Position numbers and translations under genes: made by a program. 64,000 nt of DNA from Selaginella moellendorffii (lineage: Eukaryota; Plantae; Lycopodiophyta), in the NCBI RefSeq assembly GCF_000143415.4, contig NW_003314272.1, positions 2,009,728-2,073,727 of the forward strand. Direction: 5' to 3'. The stretch's first letter is position 1; every line of letters starts with the position of its first letter. Below are positions 1 to 13,405 of the stretch, one piece after another. Under the pieces are notes generated by a model, which saw nothing but the letters and a program-made list of their open reading frames with translations, was not told where the DNA came from and did no database searches.

Positions 1-3000
1 ACGAACTTGTTGTTGTACTGGACGAACGGAAGACGATTACCACGAGCGAATTTGTTTAACGCTGCAGCTCCTGTTGCTTCTGCCGCAGCAGCATGCTCAC
101 TAGAGAGTGTTCTGACCATTGCAATTCGATCCCATCGAGTTAACTTATCTATTTCCTCTTGCGGTACGCCAAATTTCAGAAGGACCTTGAAAAAGCACAC
201 AACTGTCATTTAGGAAACAAACAAAGGGAAAAAGAAAACCTACCTCTCGAGCAGCTTCCATGCTTAACCGACGCAAATCCGCATCAGTGCCCGTAACAGC
301 ACCACCACCTCGTGCAGCAGCTGCCTTCTTCTCGACCATTGCACCAGTGTTAGGCGGTCGTAAAGCCACTCGTATGTAACTAAAGCCAAGGCCTCTACCA
401 GTCGGATCACCCGGACCTATAATCTCAAGTCTCTCAATGCCATTACGACCCTGTTGGAGATCATTAGAAAATGCCATAAAAGCAATTCAGACAGTTCCAT
501 TACCTGCATCATAGCAGCTACAAAGTTCGCCGTCAAGTTCCACGGAGTGATTAGGAGTTCCCGCTCTATGTGGGCAGCAGTGGCAAGTGTTACAGGCACA
601 TCTGGTATCTGGCATATTGCTGCAGCAAGACCATTTTGATGCGTCAGCTTATTAACACCCATTCTCTTAAGATGATGTTGCCCTGCTTGCATACTTTCAT
701 AAGAGCATACCTGTTAAAGACAAAATTCAAATATTTGCTACTTAATATTGTTAAGGAAGAATCTTGACTCACATTTTCAGGCGTCACCATTCGTCGTAGC
801 TCCTCTTCGGATGGGATGCGATAACCTTGTCGCATAACCCATCTCATATCTCCGTGTGGTCCTCTCTGCATAAAGCGAGCAACGGAGTGGCAAGTTGAAC
901 GAAGTGACATCGATGTTAAAATACCTGCAAGTCGGCACAATGTTTCAAACGTTTCCGAATGAAACCATCCGTAAGCGATGGAAAGTGAGCCATCAATTCA
1001 TCGGCCCCAATTTGTGATGACATCCCAGGCTTATCTTTTGCACGAAATTCCCGGTACACATGCACTAGGAGCCGATTACCAAGGTAGTGTAAAACTGTTT
1101 TTGACGAAGGAGCAATGACCTCAATATGAGGTTCCTAATGAGAAGAGGACTCAAGTTACAACAGGACTCAAAAAGAACAAAAAAATTACCTGCTGGCCAA
1201 CGACGTGAAGGCCATCAATACGCCTCAAGGAAAGCTTCCCCTTTGAAGAACGAACTAGAAGAAAATCTGTCGATGAAACGCGGTGTTGGAAAACAGGAGC
1301 GCGGTACATATTCGTTTCTAGACAGGACTGAGTTTCTCCAAGGCGAATGTTTCCCAAAAATGGTGAATCTTCAGCCGGTTCAAGTGGAAGAACTGCACCA
1401 ATCCAGGAACCTCTTTCCTCTTTTAATGTTGCGGCTGTACTATCCGTCGGAGACATCTTCCTATAATAAGTTGACAAAACTGCACCCATCCCAACATTGC
1501 TCAGTAAAAGGGGACGTTCTTCGCAATACCTGCAACACAGGAAAGAACAGCTTAGCAAGATAATTGCTAAGAGCCACACTTACTCCATCAGAGCAACGTG
1601 TCCATCTTTGACAGATAATTCTGATTTCTTTTTGAACGCCCCGGGTGGTCGAGTAGGCTTGTTTTCACCTGGAAGCCGTTGAGCCTTCGGCCATGGATGA
1701 ACTTTAGTCCGAACTAGATGTAAAACAGAATTCGGGGGAACTCGTTGCTCTGCGAAGGACTTGTTCGATTCCAGCTCCCGTCCAGAATACATAAGCTTCG
1801 TATTTTCCGACGGCTTCAAATCTAAGTAAAATCCATGTCAGTTAACAGCATAGATTGGTTGTCACATACCTCCAAACTTTTTCGAAGCCTTCATTTTGAA
1901 TGTTTCTAGAGTATCAGATGCATCAATGTGAAGCCTGCTGCCCTTGCCGCCTAGTGTTTTCAATATCACTTTCATTGGCCCTCTCGCCGCAAGTTCGCCT
2001 TGTTCCTTGGCCGTCATCTCATTGTGGTGAGGGAACCAGGTAGCCTTTGGACGATGAAAATTCGCCAGGTCCTTACTGCAAGCACAATGACACGAAGGTA
2101 ACAATCAATCCAACGCTACGAGAGACTTACTTCGTCAGCTTAGGCTTCATTGTTTGCAACCTCAACGCAGGAACAGAATGCGCAACCTTAACTCCGCCAA
2201 CGATAGCCCGCTTCTTCGCCTGTAGCTTTTGTTGCTGAGGCGTCTTCTTTACGACATAATACTTATCGTTCGAAATATTGAAGCGGGAAGGAAGCATGAC
2301 GTCCGCCGTCTCTGATTGTTTTCCTTTCGAAGTCCGTGGGCTTATCAACATAGCAGCTGCATGGTCCCGAATGCTCTTCGTTTCCCGTACGTCGGAAACC
2401 TCAAAGACCATATGACTGTCCATGAGATCGAAAATTGCCCTGTATTTGCTAGATCTTTGCTTCGCATCTTCCTCATCCCAGCAAACGTTACTCAGCCACG
2501 TTCCTGCCGCTAAGTCCGGGTTTTTGAGCTCCACCTCGAAGTTTAGCCTGTCCAGCTTTCTCGAAAGTTCATTCCCCGGCTGATGTCGCCAAGCTTCCAA
2601 CCTGAGCATTTGAGGATGTTTGCTAGCAGTTTTTGACGCCCGTCTACCATCCCGACATAAAGGTTCCAGAATAATTAGCTTGTCAAAAGCGTCCTTCCCG
2701 CTCACTGATGCTTGAAGGTGAAGCCTGTCTCCCTCTGCCGGCTCCGCAATTTCGAAGTCCTCGTCTTGAGACGGTTTCCGCTCCGCATCCCACACGATTT
2801 CGGTCTCCCAGTCAAGTTGATGAATAGGATCGAAGTTCACTGAAAAATCTTTTTCGATGTCGGCCAGCGCAGGAAGCTTCTTGTCCAAAGGTTGGCAGCT
2901 AAGGAATTTCGGCCCTACCTCGTTGAGCTCATCTGCCAGCTCCTGGCCTTCTCTAGCATCAATCTCCTGGTAATACAGCTGCGTGATATCGTGATTTTCA

Positions 3001-4610
3001 GGTAGCACTTTCAAGACTTGAGCCTCATCATCATCAATCATTGAATCGAATCTTCCGGGTCTTCCTGCAATGCAAACATTGAACCAACGAAGAATCAAAG
3101 AGAGCTTACTACCTTTGAAGTGTGACCTTTTTGTCCGTAGTTTTTTGTTACCAAGCATCCAAAAAGGCTGCTTCGCACCAAAAATCTCAGAAAACTGTAG
3201 AATTTGCTTGCCGTGTTCTTGAAACATAATTGGCAATTCAAACTGCTCACTTTCATCATCTGCGGATAAGTCCTGCATCAAGAGTTATCAGCAACAAGCA
3301 ACAAAATCCCATTTACTACCTCATAAAGCTCTTCTTCTGAGTCGATGTCATCCTCCGATTCATCGAGCATCTCGTCGGGAGAACCCTCAACTTCAATCTG
3401 TGTTCTCGATAAAGGAAGGTCTTCTGGACTCGTAACAGGAAGTAGCGCAGTAGACAAAGGAGACGCCGAACTTGGAGACGGCAGTATTGAACTCGACGAA
3501 AGAAGAAGTTCTGGAGTTGGTAAAGGTGTTTCGTCACTTGCAATAGACACAAGCGGTTCGTCAGTCGGCTTAGGAAGGTCTGAAAAATCCAGTCACACCT
3601 AGACCAGAGGAGCGTAACAACCAAACCTGGAGCAGCGGGCACAGTATCATCCGGAAGCTCTTCATCATAGTCATCCTCCTCAACTTGCTTCGAAGGAACA
3701 GCTAGAGCAGCTTGAGCATAATACTGTTTATCCTCGGGCAGCATTTGGCCATCATCTTCACAAGCTTCGTCAATATCTTCGTAGTCGACGGCATCCTCGG
3801 CCTTCCTGTCATAGTCTATGAAAACAACCATTAGAGTTTCCTACTTCCAAAAGTTCGAGACTTTCTCACGTACCATCTTGTTCCTTCAAGGCCGCGGAAG
3901 CGGTGAATTGCCTAGCCTTGGAAGATAGCTGTGACGCGAGAGAAAAAAAAAAAAAGATTTAAGCACAAAGTTTGAAGGCTCGAACAATGGAGTCACCTCT
4001 AGGTCAACCAGTGAAGGACCTAGTTGATCAGCTAATGCAAAGAGGTGCTCCTTCGCTTCCTGGCAATACCAAAACTATTAACTTCCTTTCAAATTTCATC
4101 CAGAAACCGTGAAACACAGCCTAGCGCAAACGCAGCAGAAGAAAAAAAAAAAAAATTGAAAGGAAGAACTCTTCGCTGCAGCAGCATTCTTTCCACTCCT
4201 AGATTTCCATTTTTTTACAGCAGCTTCGCCCACCAAAGAGAATTTTAATCCCAGCCAGCACCTGCGATTGCCTAGACTCTAGAGCTATACTACTGCCCAC
4301 AAAAATCTTCGATCCAGCTGCAATGAATGCAAAAACTAGGGAAGATTTCATGTATACACACCTGATCCAGGTACTCCACATCAAGGTCTCCCGTGTCATC
4401 GACGTTCCCAAACATAAACCCTAGCATCCTGCCCGAGCTCTCCTCCTCTTCCTCTTCCTCCTCTTCCTCTTCTTCTTCCTCCCCATCCTCGTCGCCGTCG
4501 CCGCCTAAGCTACCGCCGCCGCCACGCGCCGCCCTGGCCGCGCCGCCATACCCTCCATAGCGCTCGGAGCTGTGGATATAGGGCTGCTGCTGCTGCTGCT
4601 GCTGCATCAT
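1..4610 (-). CDS. TAF1: TFIID subunit 1 (TAF1/HAF), multi-exon, 3' end beyond the window start
   Basis: N-terminal TBP-binding motif GRMLGFMFGNVDDTGDLDVEYLD after an acidic tract; DYDRKAEDAVDYEDIDE; 'FNISNDKYY..HSVPALRLQT..LANFHRPK'; plant-type inserted ubiquitin-like domain (MKVILKTLGGKGS..NSVLHLVRTK); 'EERPLLLSNVGMG..TNMYRAPVF' and 'IERELLITPWNLT..GDPTGRGLGFSY'. Many short GT-AG introns. Confidence 0.95.
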
Positions 4611-4924
4611 TAGGGTTATTCGATGGGCGCCTCGCGCGGCGCTGCTAATCGGATGCTTGCTTCTTCTCTATTTCCTTGTGCTTCTTTTTTTTCTCTGTTC
4701 TATGCGGTGGACGAGGGAGAGAGAGAAAAGAGAGACGAGCAAAGAAAAAAATCGAGAAAAAATTTTTCAAGGGCTTCCCCCTTGTCCAAGGTCGCCCAAA
4801 AAACCTCGGCTGCGAGTTTATATAGGCCCCTCCTGGCCCAAATGGCGGTGACTGGCCAGCCTCACCGTACAGTACGGATAGGCCCCAAACTTGATTAGGG
4901 TTCTTCCTTGGCGGCGGCCATGGT

Positions 4925-7003
4925 ATGCAGCAGATCTACGCCGGCGGTGTCAGGGCGTGCGGCAATGCGAGGAATCTCTCCGAGGCGCGGCGGCTCCACG
5001 CCGAGATCGCCCGTTGTGAGCGATTGCGGTGCACGTATCTCCTCAATCTGGTCGTGGAGATGTATGGCAAGTGCGGCGCCGTGGAGGAGGCGCGCTCGGC
5101 CTTCGATTCGATGCCGCTGCCCAACGATTTCTCCTGGAACATCCTCATCGCGGCGTACGCGAAGAATGGATTCCTGGCACAGGCGAGGGTTTTGCTGGAC
5201 CAGATGCCCTGCCACTGCCTGGTATCGCGATGCTCGATGATCTCGGCCTACGCGCAGCACGGCCTCGTCGCGGCGGCGGAGGAGATCTTCACCAGCACGC
5301 GCGGCCGCGACGTCATCTGCTGGACGGGATTGCTCGAGGGCTTCTCGCTGGCCGGGAATTTTGATCGCGCCAGGGCTCTCTTCGAGGCAATGCCGCAGCA
5401 AAATCTGGTGGGCTGGGTGGTGATGATGTCCGGCTATGCGCAGCGCGGGCAGCACGATCGAGCAAAGGAGATCTTCGACTGGGCACCGAGCCGGGACGCG
5501 ACGCTGTGGAACGTGATGATCTCCTCTTACACCCAGAGCCCGGGCGAGCTCCTCCAAGAGGCCAGGTTTGTATTCCAGAGAATGCCTTGCCATGACGCGG
5601 TAACTTGGAACACTCTCATTGCAGGCTATGCGGAGGGTGGACTGGCGGACGACGCGATTGATCTCTTTCGCCGCATTCCCGAGCGGAGCGTGAGGAGCCG
5701 GACGAGCATCCTCTCGGCGTATGCCCAGTCCGGGAGTCTCCGTGAGGCGAAAGAGATGTTTGATGGGATCTCGGAGCTCGACGTGGTAGCGTGGAACGTC
5801 ATGGCCGGGGCGTATGCCCAAGCCGGGCATATCGCGACTGCCAAGCTCATGTTCGATCGCATCCCCAAAAGGAACTCCATCTCCTGGTACGTCTTGCTCT
5901 CGGCTTTCTCTCACGCCGGCATGGTGGGCGAATCGCAGGGGCTCTTTGCCACGATGCCGGAGAGGGATTCGCTCGCGTGGAGCAACTTGCTCCTGGTTTA
6001 CTGCCAAGCCGGAGACCTCTCCATGAGCAAGGAAGCATTTGCGAGAATGCCACAGCGAGAAGTTTTCTCCTGGAACCTGATGGTCCGCTCGTACGCCCAG
6101 GCCGGATTCATGGACGAGGCAACCGACGCGTTCAATCGAATGGAAGGCAGGAGCAGCGTGGTGTGGTCGACCATCCTCTCGTTCCATGCGCAGCACAGAA
6201 ACTGGGAGAGGGTGAAAGAGATCTACGACAAGACACCCGAGCTCAACGCCACATCCGCGACCGCCATGCTGGGCGTCTACTCTCAAACCGGGCAGCTCGA
6301 GCAGGCAAAGTCGGAGTTCGACGCGATGATCGAGCGGGACAGCGTGAGCTGGAACGCGATCGTCTCGGCCTACTGCCAGCACGGGAAGCTCTTGCAGGCC
6401 AGAGCTATGGTGGAGAGATCCCCGCAGCAGTGCTCGGTGTCGCTCAACGCGCTGGTGGCCGCCTACGCGCACGCCGGCCAGCTCGAGCAGGCCGACTCCA
6501 TCTTCTTCGCCAAGATGCCCGAGAAGGATACAGTGAGCTGGACGTCGATCATCCAGGCCTACGCGCAAAACGGCCACACAGACGAAGCGTTTGATCTCTT
6601 CCACCGGATGCTGCTCGAGGGCGATGCTCCGGACGAGGTGACGTTCTTCGGGATCCTCGGGGCTTGCGGACACAACGGGCTCACGGAGCGAGCTCGGGCG
6701 TGGTTCGTGGCGATGAGCGCCGACTTTGGAGTGGTGCCGGTGTTTGATCACTACTGCTGCTTGATCAACGTGGTGGGAACCGCCGGGAAGCTGGAGCTGG
6801 CGCAAGAGATGCTGCGGAGCGTCCGGGATGGATTGGCCGGGGGTGAGGATGAATCCGTGGCGTGGACGACGCTCCTGGCGGCGTCCAAGATCCATGGAGA
6901 TGTGGAGCTCGCGAGAGCTGCCGCGAAGAACGCTTGCGGGCTTGAGACCCGGGGTTCGTCGCCTTACATGCTGCTATCGCATGTAGAAGCGATCAAATCA
7001 TGA
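4925..7003 (+). CDS. PLS-class pentatricopeptide repeat protein ending in an E-type extension, no DYW domain (candidate organellar RNA editing factor)
   Basis: Intronless 692-aa ORF of ~31-aa repeats (SWNAIVSAYCQHGKLLQARAMVERSP, AWNVMAGAYAQAGHIATAKLMFDRIP). Terminal 'PDEVTFFGILGACGHNG..DHYCCLINVVG..AWTTLLAASKIHGDV..SSPYMLLSH'. Confidence 0.93.
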   Translation: MQQIYAGGVRACGNARNLSEARRLHAEIARCERLRCTYLLNLVVEMYGKCGAVEEARSAFDSMPLPNDFSWNILIAAYAKNGFLAQARVLLDQMPCHCLVSRCSMISAYAQHGLVAAAEEIFTSTRGRDVICWTGLLEGFSLAGNFDRARALFEAMPQQNLVGWVVMMSGYAQRGQHDRAKEIFDWAPSRDATLWNVMISSYTQSPGELLQEARFVFQRMPCHDAVTWNTLIAGYAEGGLADDAIDLFRRIPERSVRSRTSILSAYAQSGSLREAKEMFDGISELDVVAWNVMAGAYAQAGHIATAKLMFDRIPKRNSISWYVLLSAFSHAGMVGESQGLFATMPERDSLAWSNLLLVYCQAGDLSMSKEAFARMPQREVFSWNLMVRSYAQAGFMDEATDAFNRMEGRSSVVWSTILSFHAQHRNWERVKEIYDKTPELNATSATAMLGVYSQTGQLEQAKSEFDAMIERDSVSWNAIVSAYCQHGKLLQARAMVERSPQQCSVSLNALVAAYAHAGQLEQADSIFFAKMPEKDTVSWTSIIQAYAQNGHTDEAFDLFHRMLLEGDAPDEVTFFGILGACGHNGLTERARAWFVAMSADFGVVPVFDHYCCLINVVGTAGKLELAQEMLRSVRDGLAGGEDESVAWTTLLAASKIHGDVELARAAAKNACGLETRGSSPYMLLSHVEAIKS

Positions 7004-7175
7004 AAGAGTTTGTGATAAAATTCTACTAAATGATAGAGTTTTACTTGGAACTTCTAATCACCACTTGTTCTTGTTCTAGACCTAAATTTAAGAGAGGAGG
7101 AGAGCGATCGCTATCGATCGGTCGATCCCAGGGATTCTATTCTAGTGCCGTCTCGCCTTGCAGTGCAGATCAGCG

Positions 7176-9205
<2,030 letters not shown>

Positions 9206-9281
9206 GCCTTTTAGCTAAATAACCGGAAAAATCTTAGGGTTCTATCCTTGTAACAGGGACGCTATCTCTCCCTTCTCGGCA

Positions 9282-10655
9282 ATGCAGATCGCCGCGGGGC
9301 GAGTAATCACCAGGGACGAGCTCGCGGAGCACCGCAACGATGGCGATCTGTGGATCAGTATCCAGGGCAAGGTCTACGACGTCTCCAAGTGGGCCGCCAT
9401 CCATCCGGGTGGAGATCTGGCCCTCAAGAGCTTCGCAGGGCAGCCGGACGCGACCGATGCGTTCCTGGCCTTCCATCCGCGGCAGCGCGCGTTCCAGATC
9501 CTCCCGAAATTCCTCATTGGCACGCTCGCGGATCCGGTGCTCTCGCCTCTCACGGCCGATCACGCCCTGGTCCTGGAGCGCCTGGGAAAGGCAGGGTTTC
9601 TCACCGTGGATCTCTTCTTCTACTGCAAGATCCTCGCGGCAATCGTCGCCCTGGTCACGGCCTGCGTCGCGGGGGTGATCTTCTCCTCCAGCGCGATCGT
9701 CCACTGCGCCAGCGCGGTCCTCCTCGGCTTCGCGTGGATCCAGGCTGGGTGGATCGGCCACGACACGGGCCACACGGGCATGACCGGCAGTCCAAGGGCG
9801 GATTCCTGGATAGGGCTCTTGATCGGCAACGCGCTCTCGGGGATTGGATTCCAGTGGTGGCTGCGCAACCACAACGCGCACCACTTCTCCTGCAACAATC
9901 TCGAGTATGATCCAGATCTCCAGTACATGCCCATCTTCGCAATCTCCTCGCGGTTCTTCCGCTCCTCGCGGGCGCTCCACTCCTACTTCTACGACCGCGA
10001 GATGGCCTTCGACGCCATCGCCAGGCTCCTCGTCAGCTACCAGCACTGGACCTTCTACCTCGTCATGGCGGTAGCGCGCGTGAATCTCTACGCGCAGTCC
10101 TTCATCGTGGCGATCTGGAGGAAGAGGGTGCCGCACAGGGGCTGGGAGATTGGATCGCTGCTCTTCTTCTGGGCGTGGCTCTTCTCGCTCCTCTCGTATC
10201 TCCCGAGCTACTCCGAGAGGATCGCGTTCCTGCTGATCGCAATGGCCACCACTGGGGTCCAGCACGTCCAGTTCTGCCTCAATCACTTCTCCTCGCCGGT
10301 CTACCAGGGGCGGAGGCCGCGCGGCGATGGGCAGTGGCTGGCGGATCAGGCCACCGGGACGCTCAATCTCTCGTGCTCCAAGAAGTGGGATTGGTTCCAC
10401 GGCGGGCTCCAGTTCCAGATCGAGCACCACCTCTTTCCACAGGTGCCCAGGCACCACTTGCGGGCGGCGTCGGAGATGGTGATCAAGCCACTGCTGGTGG
10501 ACAAGCATGGCTTGGATTATAAGATGGTGACGTTCTGGGAGGCCAATGTGATGATCATCAGGACGCTGCGCGCGGCGGCGATGGAGGCCAGGGACGTGAG
10601 CAAGCCGCTGCGCAAAGGCAACATGCTGTGGGAGGCTGTCAATGCACATGGATGA
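9282..10655 (+). CDS. Cytochrome b5-fused desaturase (delta-8 sphingolipid / delta-6 front-end family)
   Basis: Intronless 457 aa; cytochrome b5 HPGG motif; His boxes HDTGH, HNAHH and QIEHH; C-terminal LWEAVNAHG typical of plant SLD-type enzymes. Confidence 0.93.
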   Translation: MQIAAGRVITRDELAEHRNDGDLWISIQGKVYDVSKWAAIHPGGDLALKSFAGQPDATDAFLAFHPRQRAFQILPKFLIGTLADPVLSPLTADHALVLERLGKAGFLTVDLFFYCKILAAIVALVTACVAGVIFSSSAIVHCASAVLLGFAWIQAGWIGHDTGHTGMTGSPRADSWIGLLIGNALSGIGFQWWLRNHNAHHFSCNNLEYDPDLQYMPIFAISSRFFRSSRALHSYFYDREMAFDAIARLLVSYQHWTFYLVMAVARVNLYAQSFIVAIWRKRVPHRGWEIGSLLFFWAWLFSLLSYLPSYSERIAFLLIAMATTGVQHVQFCLNHFSSPVYQGRRPRGDGQWLADQATGTLNLSCSKKWDWFHGGLQFQIEHHLFPQVPRHHLRAASEMVIKPLLVDKHGLDYKMVTFWEANVMIIRTLRAAAMEARDVSKPLRKGNMLWEAVNAHG

Positions 10656-11421
10656 TTCTAGGCTAGGCTGGCAAATCCTGTATGATATATGTCGTTTTGC
10701 TGGGAAAATATTCTTGCCACCTTTTATGCTCCAGTTCTTGCCACCTTTTGGGCATATGCTCCCATGAGTGTAGGAGTTCTTTCCACCGTCAAATGTTAGC
10801 TTTTGGTCGCAAAACCAGTTTGTTGTTGAATGGATTAACCAACTTCACCAACCAACCTCTCTCGGCCTCGAGTCGCTCAGCCGTCGCCCACGATCAGAGA
10901 TTGTGCAGTGTGGTGTCAGTCACAAAGCTGTCTCGAATGGTGGCCAAGGCCCCCCCCAACCAAAAGTTTGGTCTGAGGAAAAAACGATCCTCTCTTTGTG
11001 AGAGATCGAAGAGCAATTCACCCATTCTTCAAAAGGTGGTGGTCTGTTTTTCGCAGCATACAAGATTTTGTCCGCTGCCGTGTTTTGTGGTGAGGTCATC
11101 TGATCTTATCGCGTGCTCTCTGCGCAGATCCTTCGTCGCATACCGTTTTCCTCCTCCACTGCTGCCACAAGGATTCTCAATCCGATTTGGACGAGGAACA
11201 GACCAATTTTGCCCTGGAGCTGCCCATCTAGTCCTCCGTACACTCCTCTTGTTGACCGGCAGTGAATGGCTGTTAACCAGCGGCTGACTAAGAAAACATT
11301 TCGAGAAACACATAGGCTTTGGCACAGCATGACAGGATCTTTGTAATGACTTCACCAAGCAGTGTTTGGTATGAGATTCTATCTTTCCGTGCATCTGTAA
11401 GCTCCCTCTAACTGGTCATTG

Positions 11422-11640
11422 CCTGAAAAGAACTTACTTTTTAGATTGGCAAGCTCGCTTCCTGATTTTTGAGTAGCGAAAGGCCCTCACTTATCTCCAC
11501 GAGGAATCAGACGTACAGACTATACACCGTCCTTTCTCCATCACCCGCATAAATCACCAGCCACATCCTCCTTGACAAAATGCTCCATCCGAAAATCTCA
11601 CCGAAAATCTCTGACTTTGGAATCTCCAAACTTCCTTCTT
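11422..11640 (+). pseudogene. Receptor-like kinase catalytic-domain fragment (subdomains V-VII), frameshifted
   Basis: Reading across frameshifts gives LDWQARFLI..VAKG-LTYLHEESDVQTIHR..SHILLDKM LHPKIS(PKIS)DFGISKL, with a local duplication of ccgaaaatctc. HRD is lost and no flanking kinase exons are visible. Confidence 0.75.
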
Positions 11641-12748
11641 CACAAATTTAAATTTGTATAAGCGAAGATCATGGTGAAAGCGTAGGTCGAGCGCCACTTT
11701 TTCTGTCCACCAGGAGTGTGACCTCGTGGAAAACCAGCTCCGCTGCCCAAATATCTTCCTAGCATATCTGCAAAGTTGGACGATGGAATAATGCAGCCTT
11801 TTATTAAAAACAGAATATAAATAAATAAAAGAAATAAATCATGAATGCATAAGAATATTTCGTCAGTAAGTAGCCGTTAAGAAGCATATGCCTAGAATCT
11901 AATCATCTGCAAGATTCTGGAAACTTTAAAAATCGTTGTCAAAGTCAAGAGAAGACGTATCGCTCGAAACCACCCAGTCGTCTCACAGATTCGAACCCGC
12001 GACCACACAAAGCCCGCACACACTGAATCACTGATCAAAAAGAGGATGCGAACAAGCCCAGCACAACCGACGGGCAAGATCCAGTGGTCAGAAGAGAAAC
12101 ACGCTTTCGTCTTTGCGTGCTTGAGCCGGCCACCTCACTCCGCCAATAGGAATTAAACAAAGCCGAAAAAACCAATAAGGGCCTCCAATGTGAATGTCAA
12201 ACCAAAACATCACCATATCAAATCTTCTAGAAAATGCATGCATGCCCCATGCCACCATGCAATGGGTCCAATCAATCCATTGCGCCATCGCATGCATTGG
12301 GGGCGGGGGAGAGAGCATCACGGGACCAATGGCCCCACGACGCGTGGCGGCAGGCCACGTCCTCTTTAACAAGCCGACACCGGCCGTCGGCGATGCCGGT
12401 CGCCCCGACCGGGCATAGCCGGTCGTCCGCCACCGCCAGGTCAGCCCACCAACCGGGGGACCAGTTTAATGGAGTGGGGCCGCAAAAACAGGTCCGGTAA
12501 AGGGGGCCACACTGTCTCTATGCATATATAAACCTCTGCCAAGTTTAGTGGATGGTGTTTACATTGGAACTTTTACGTGTGATATATAAGCGCTTTGCCT
12601 CTTGTGGGGGCATCCATCCATTCATCCCAAAAAGTTCCAAAGCTTTGAGAGATCTTTCTCTCTTCTCTGTGTGTTCTTCGCTCCATTTCATCGATTGATC
12701 GGTTGTGGGCGGTTCTCTGTGCGCCAATTTCTCGGATTTGTGCTCGCC

Positions 12749-13405
12749 ATGGAGCAAGATTCCAGCAGCAGCAGTAGCAGTTGCCCTCGCAACGGCAGAA
12801 AACGCGACAGGGCCGAGGAAGAAGAGGAAGAGCTGGAGGAACTAGAGGTCCAATCCGGGAATCCCCCCTGTTCTTCCTCCTCCTCCAAGAGATTCTGCGA
12901 CCGCGCTGCTGGCGAGTGTGACGATGATGGCCAGGATCTGTCCTCCATTCTGGAGGAGGCCGAGCATTCCCTCCGGGAGGCCCAGCAGGGGCTCGTGTCT
13001 AATGTCATGAAGAGCCTCGAGGAGGAGATTGCGTGCTCCTCGGACAGCGCCAGCGCCAGCAGCGTGGATTCCCGGGACGATTCGACGGCCTCCCAGCTCG
13101 GCTACTTGCTCGAGGCGTCTGACGACGAGCTGGGGCTGGAGCCCAAATTGGAGCAGCAGCAGCCGGCGGTGGTGGAGGAGGAAGATCTCGTCCGCGGCTG
13201 GAGCAGCGATTGGTCGGCTGCTTGCACCGCCGATTTCTCGGACGAGGGATTCATCGACCTGGGCGCGAGCCAGCAGCAGCAGGAGTGGCTCCGGCGGGCT
13301 CTAGAGATTTTCATGAGCAGCAGCACCAGCGTGGTTCCGTCGTCCTCGGCGCCCAGTGTTTTGGGGCAGGGATTCGAACCCGCGATCGCTGGGCTTATCC
13401 TATAG
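12749..13405 (+). CDS. Plant-specific acidic protein of unknown function (LGYLLEASDDELG motif family)
   Basis: Single exon from ATG 12749; 'RKRDR' followed by 'VMKSLEEEI' and 'LGYLLEASDDELGL', motifs I recognise from an uncharacterised land-plant family. TATA-like tatataaa near 12525. Confidence 0.7.
   Translation: MEQDSSSSSSSCPRNGRKRDRAEEEEEELEELEVQSGNPPCSSSSSKRFCDRAAGECDDDGQDLSSILEEAEHSLREAQQGLVSNVMKSLEEEIACSSDSASASSVDSRDDSTASQLGYLLEASDDELGLEPKLEQQQPAVVEEEDLVRGWSSDWSAACTADFSDEGFIDLGASQQQQEWLRRALEIFMSSSTSVVPSSSAPSVLGQGFEPAIAGLIL

Noticed and set aside
4895-6895. 666-aa antisense ORF over the PPR gene
   Set aside because: Shadow frame of a GC3-rich coding strand; no recognisable motifs.
9234-10649. 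471-aa antisense ORF over the desaturase
   Set aside because: Same antisense shadow effect; the sense protein has all the family motifs.
10682-11287. 201-aa ORF after the desaturase
   Set aside because: No motifs or codon bias; overlaps the expected 3' UTR.
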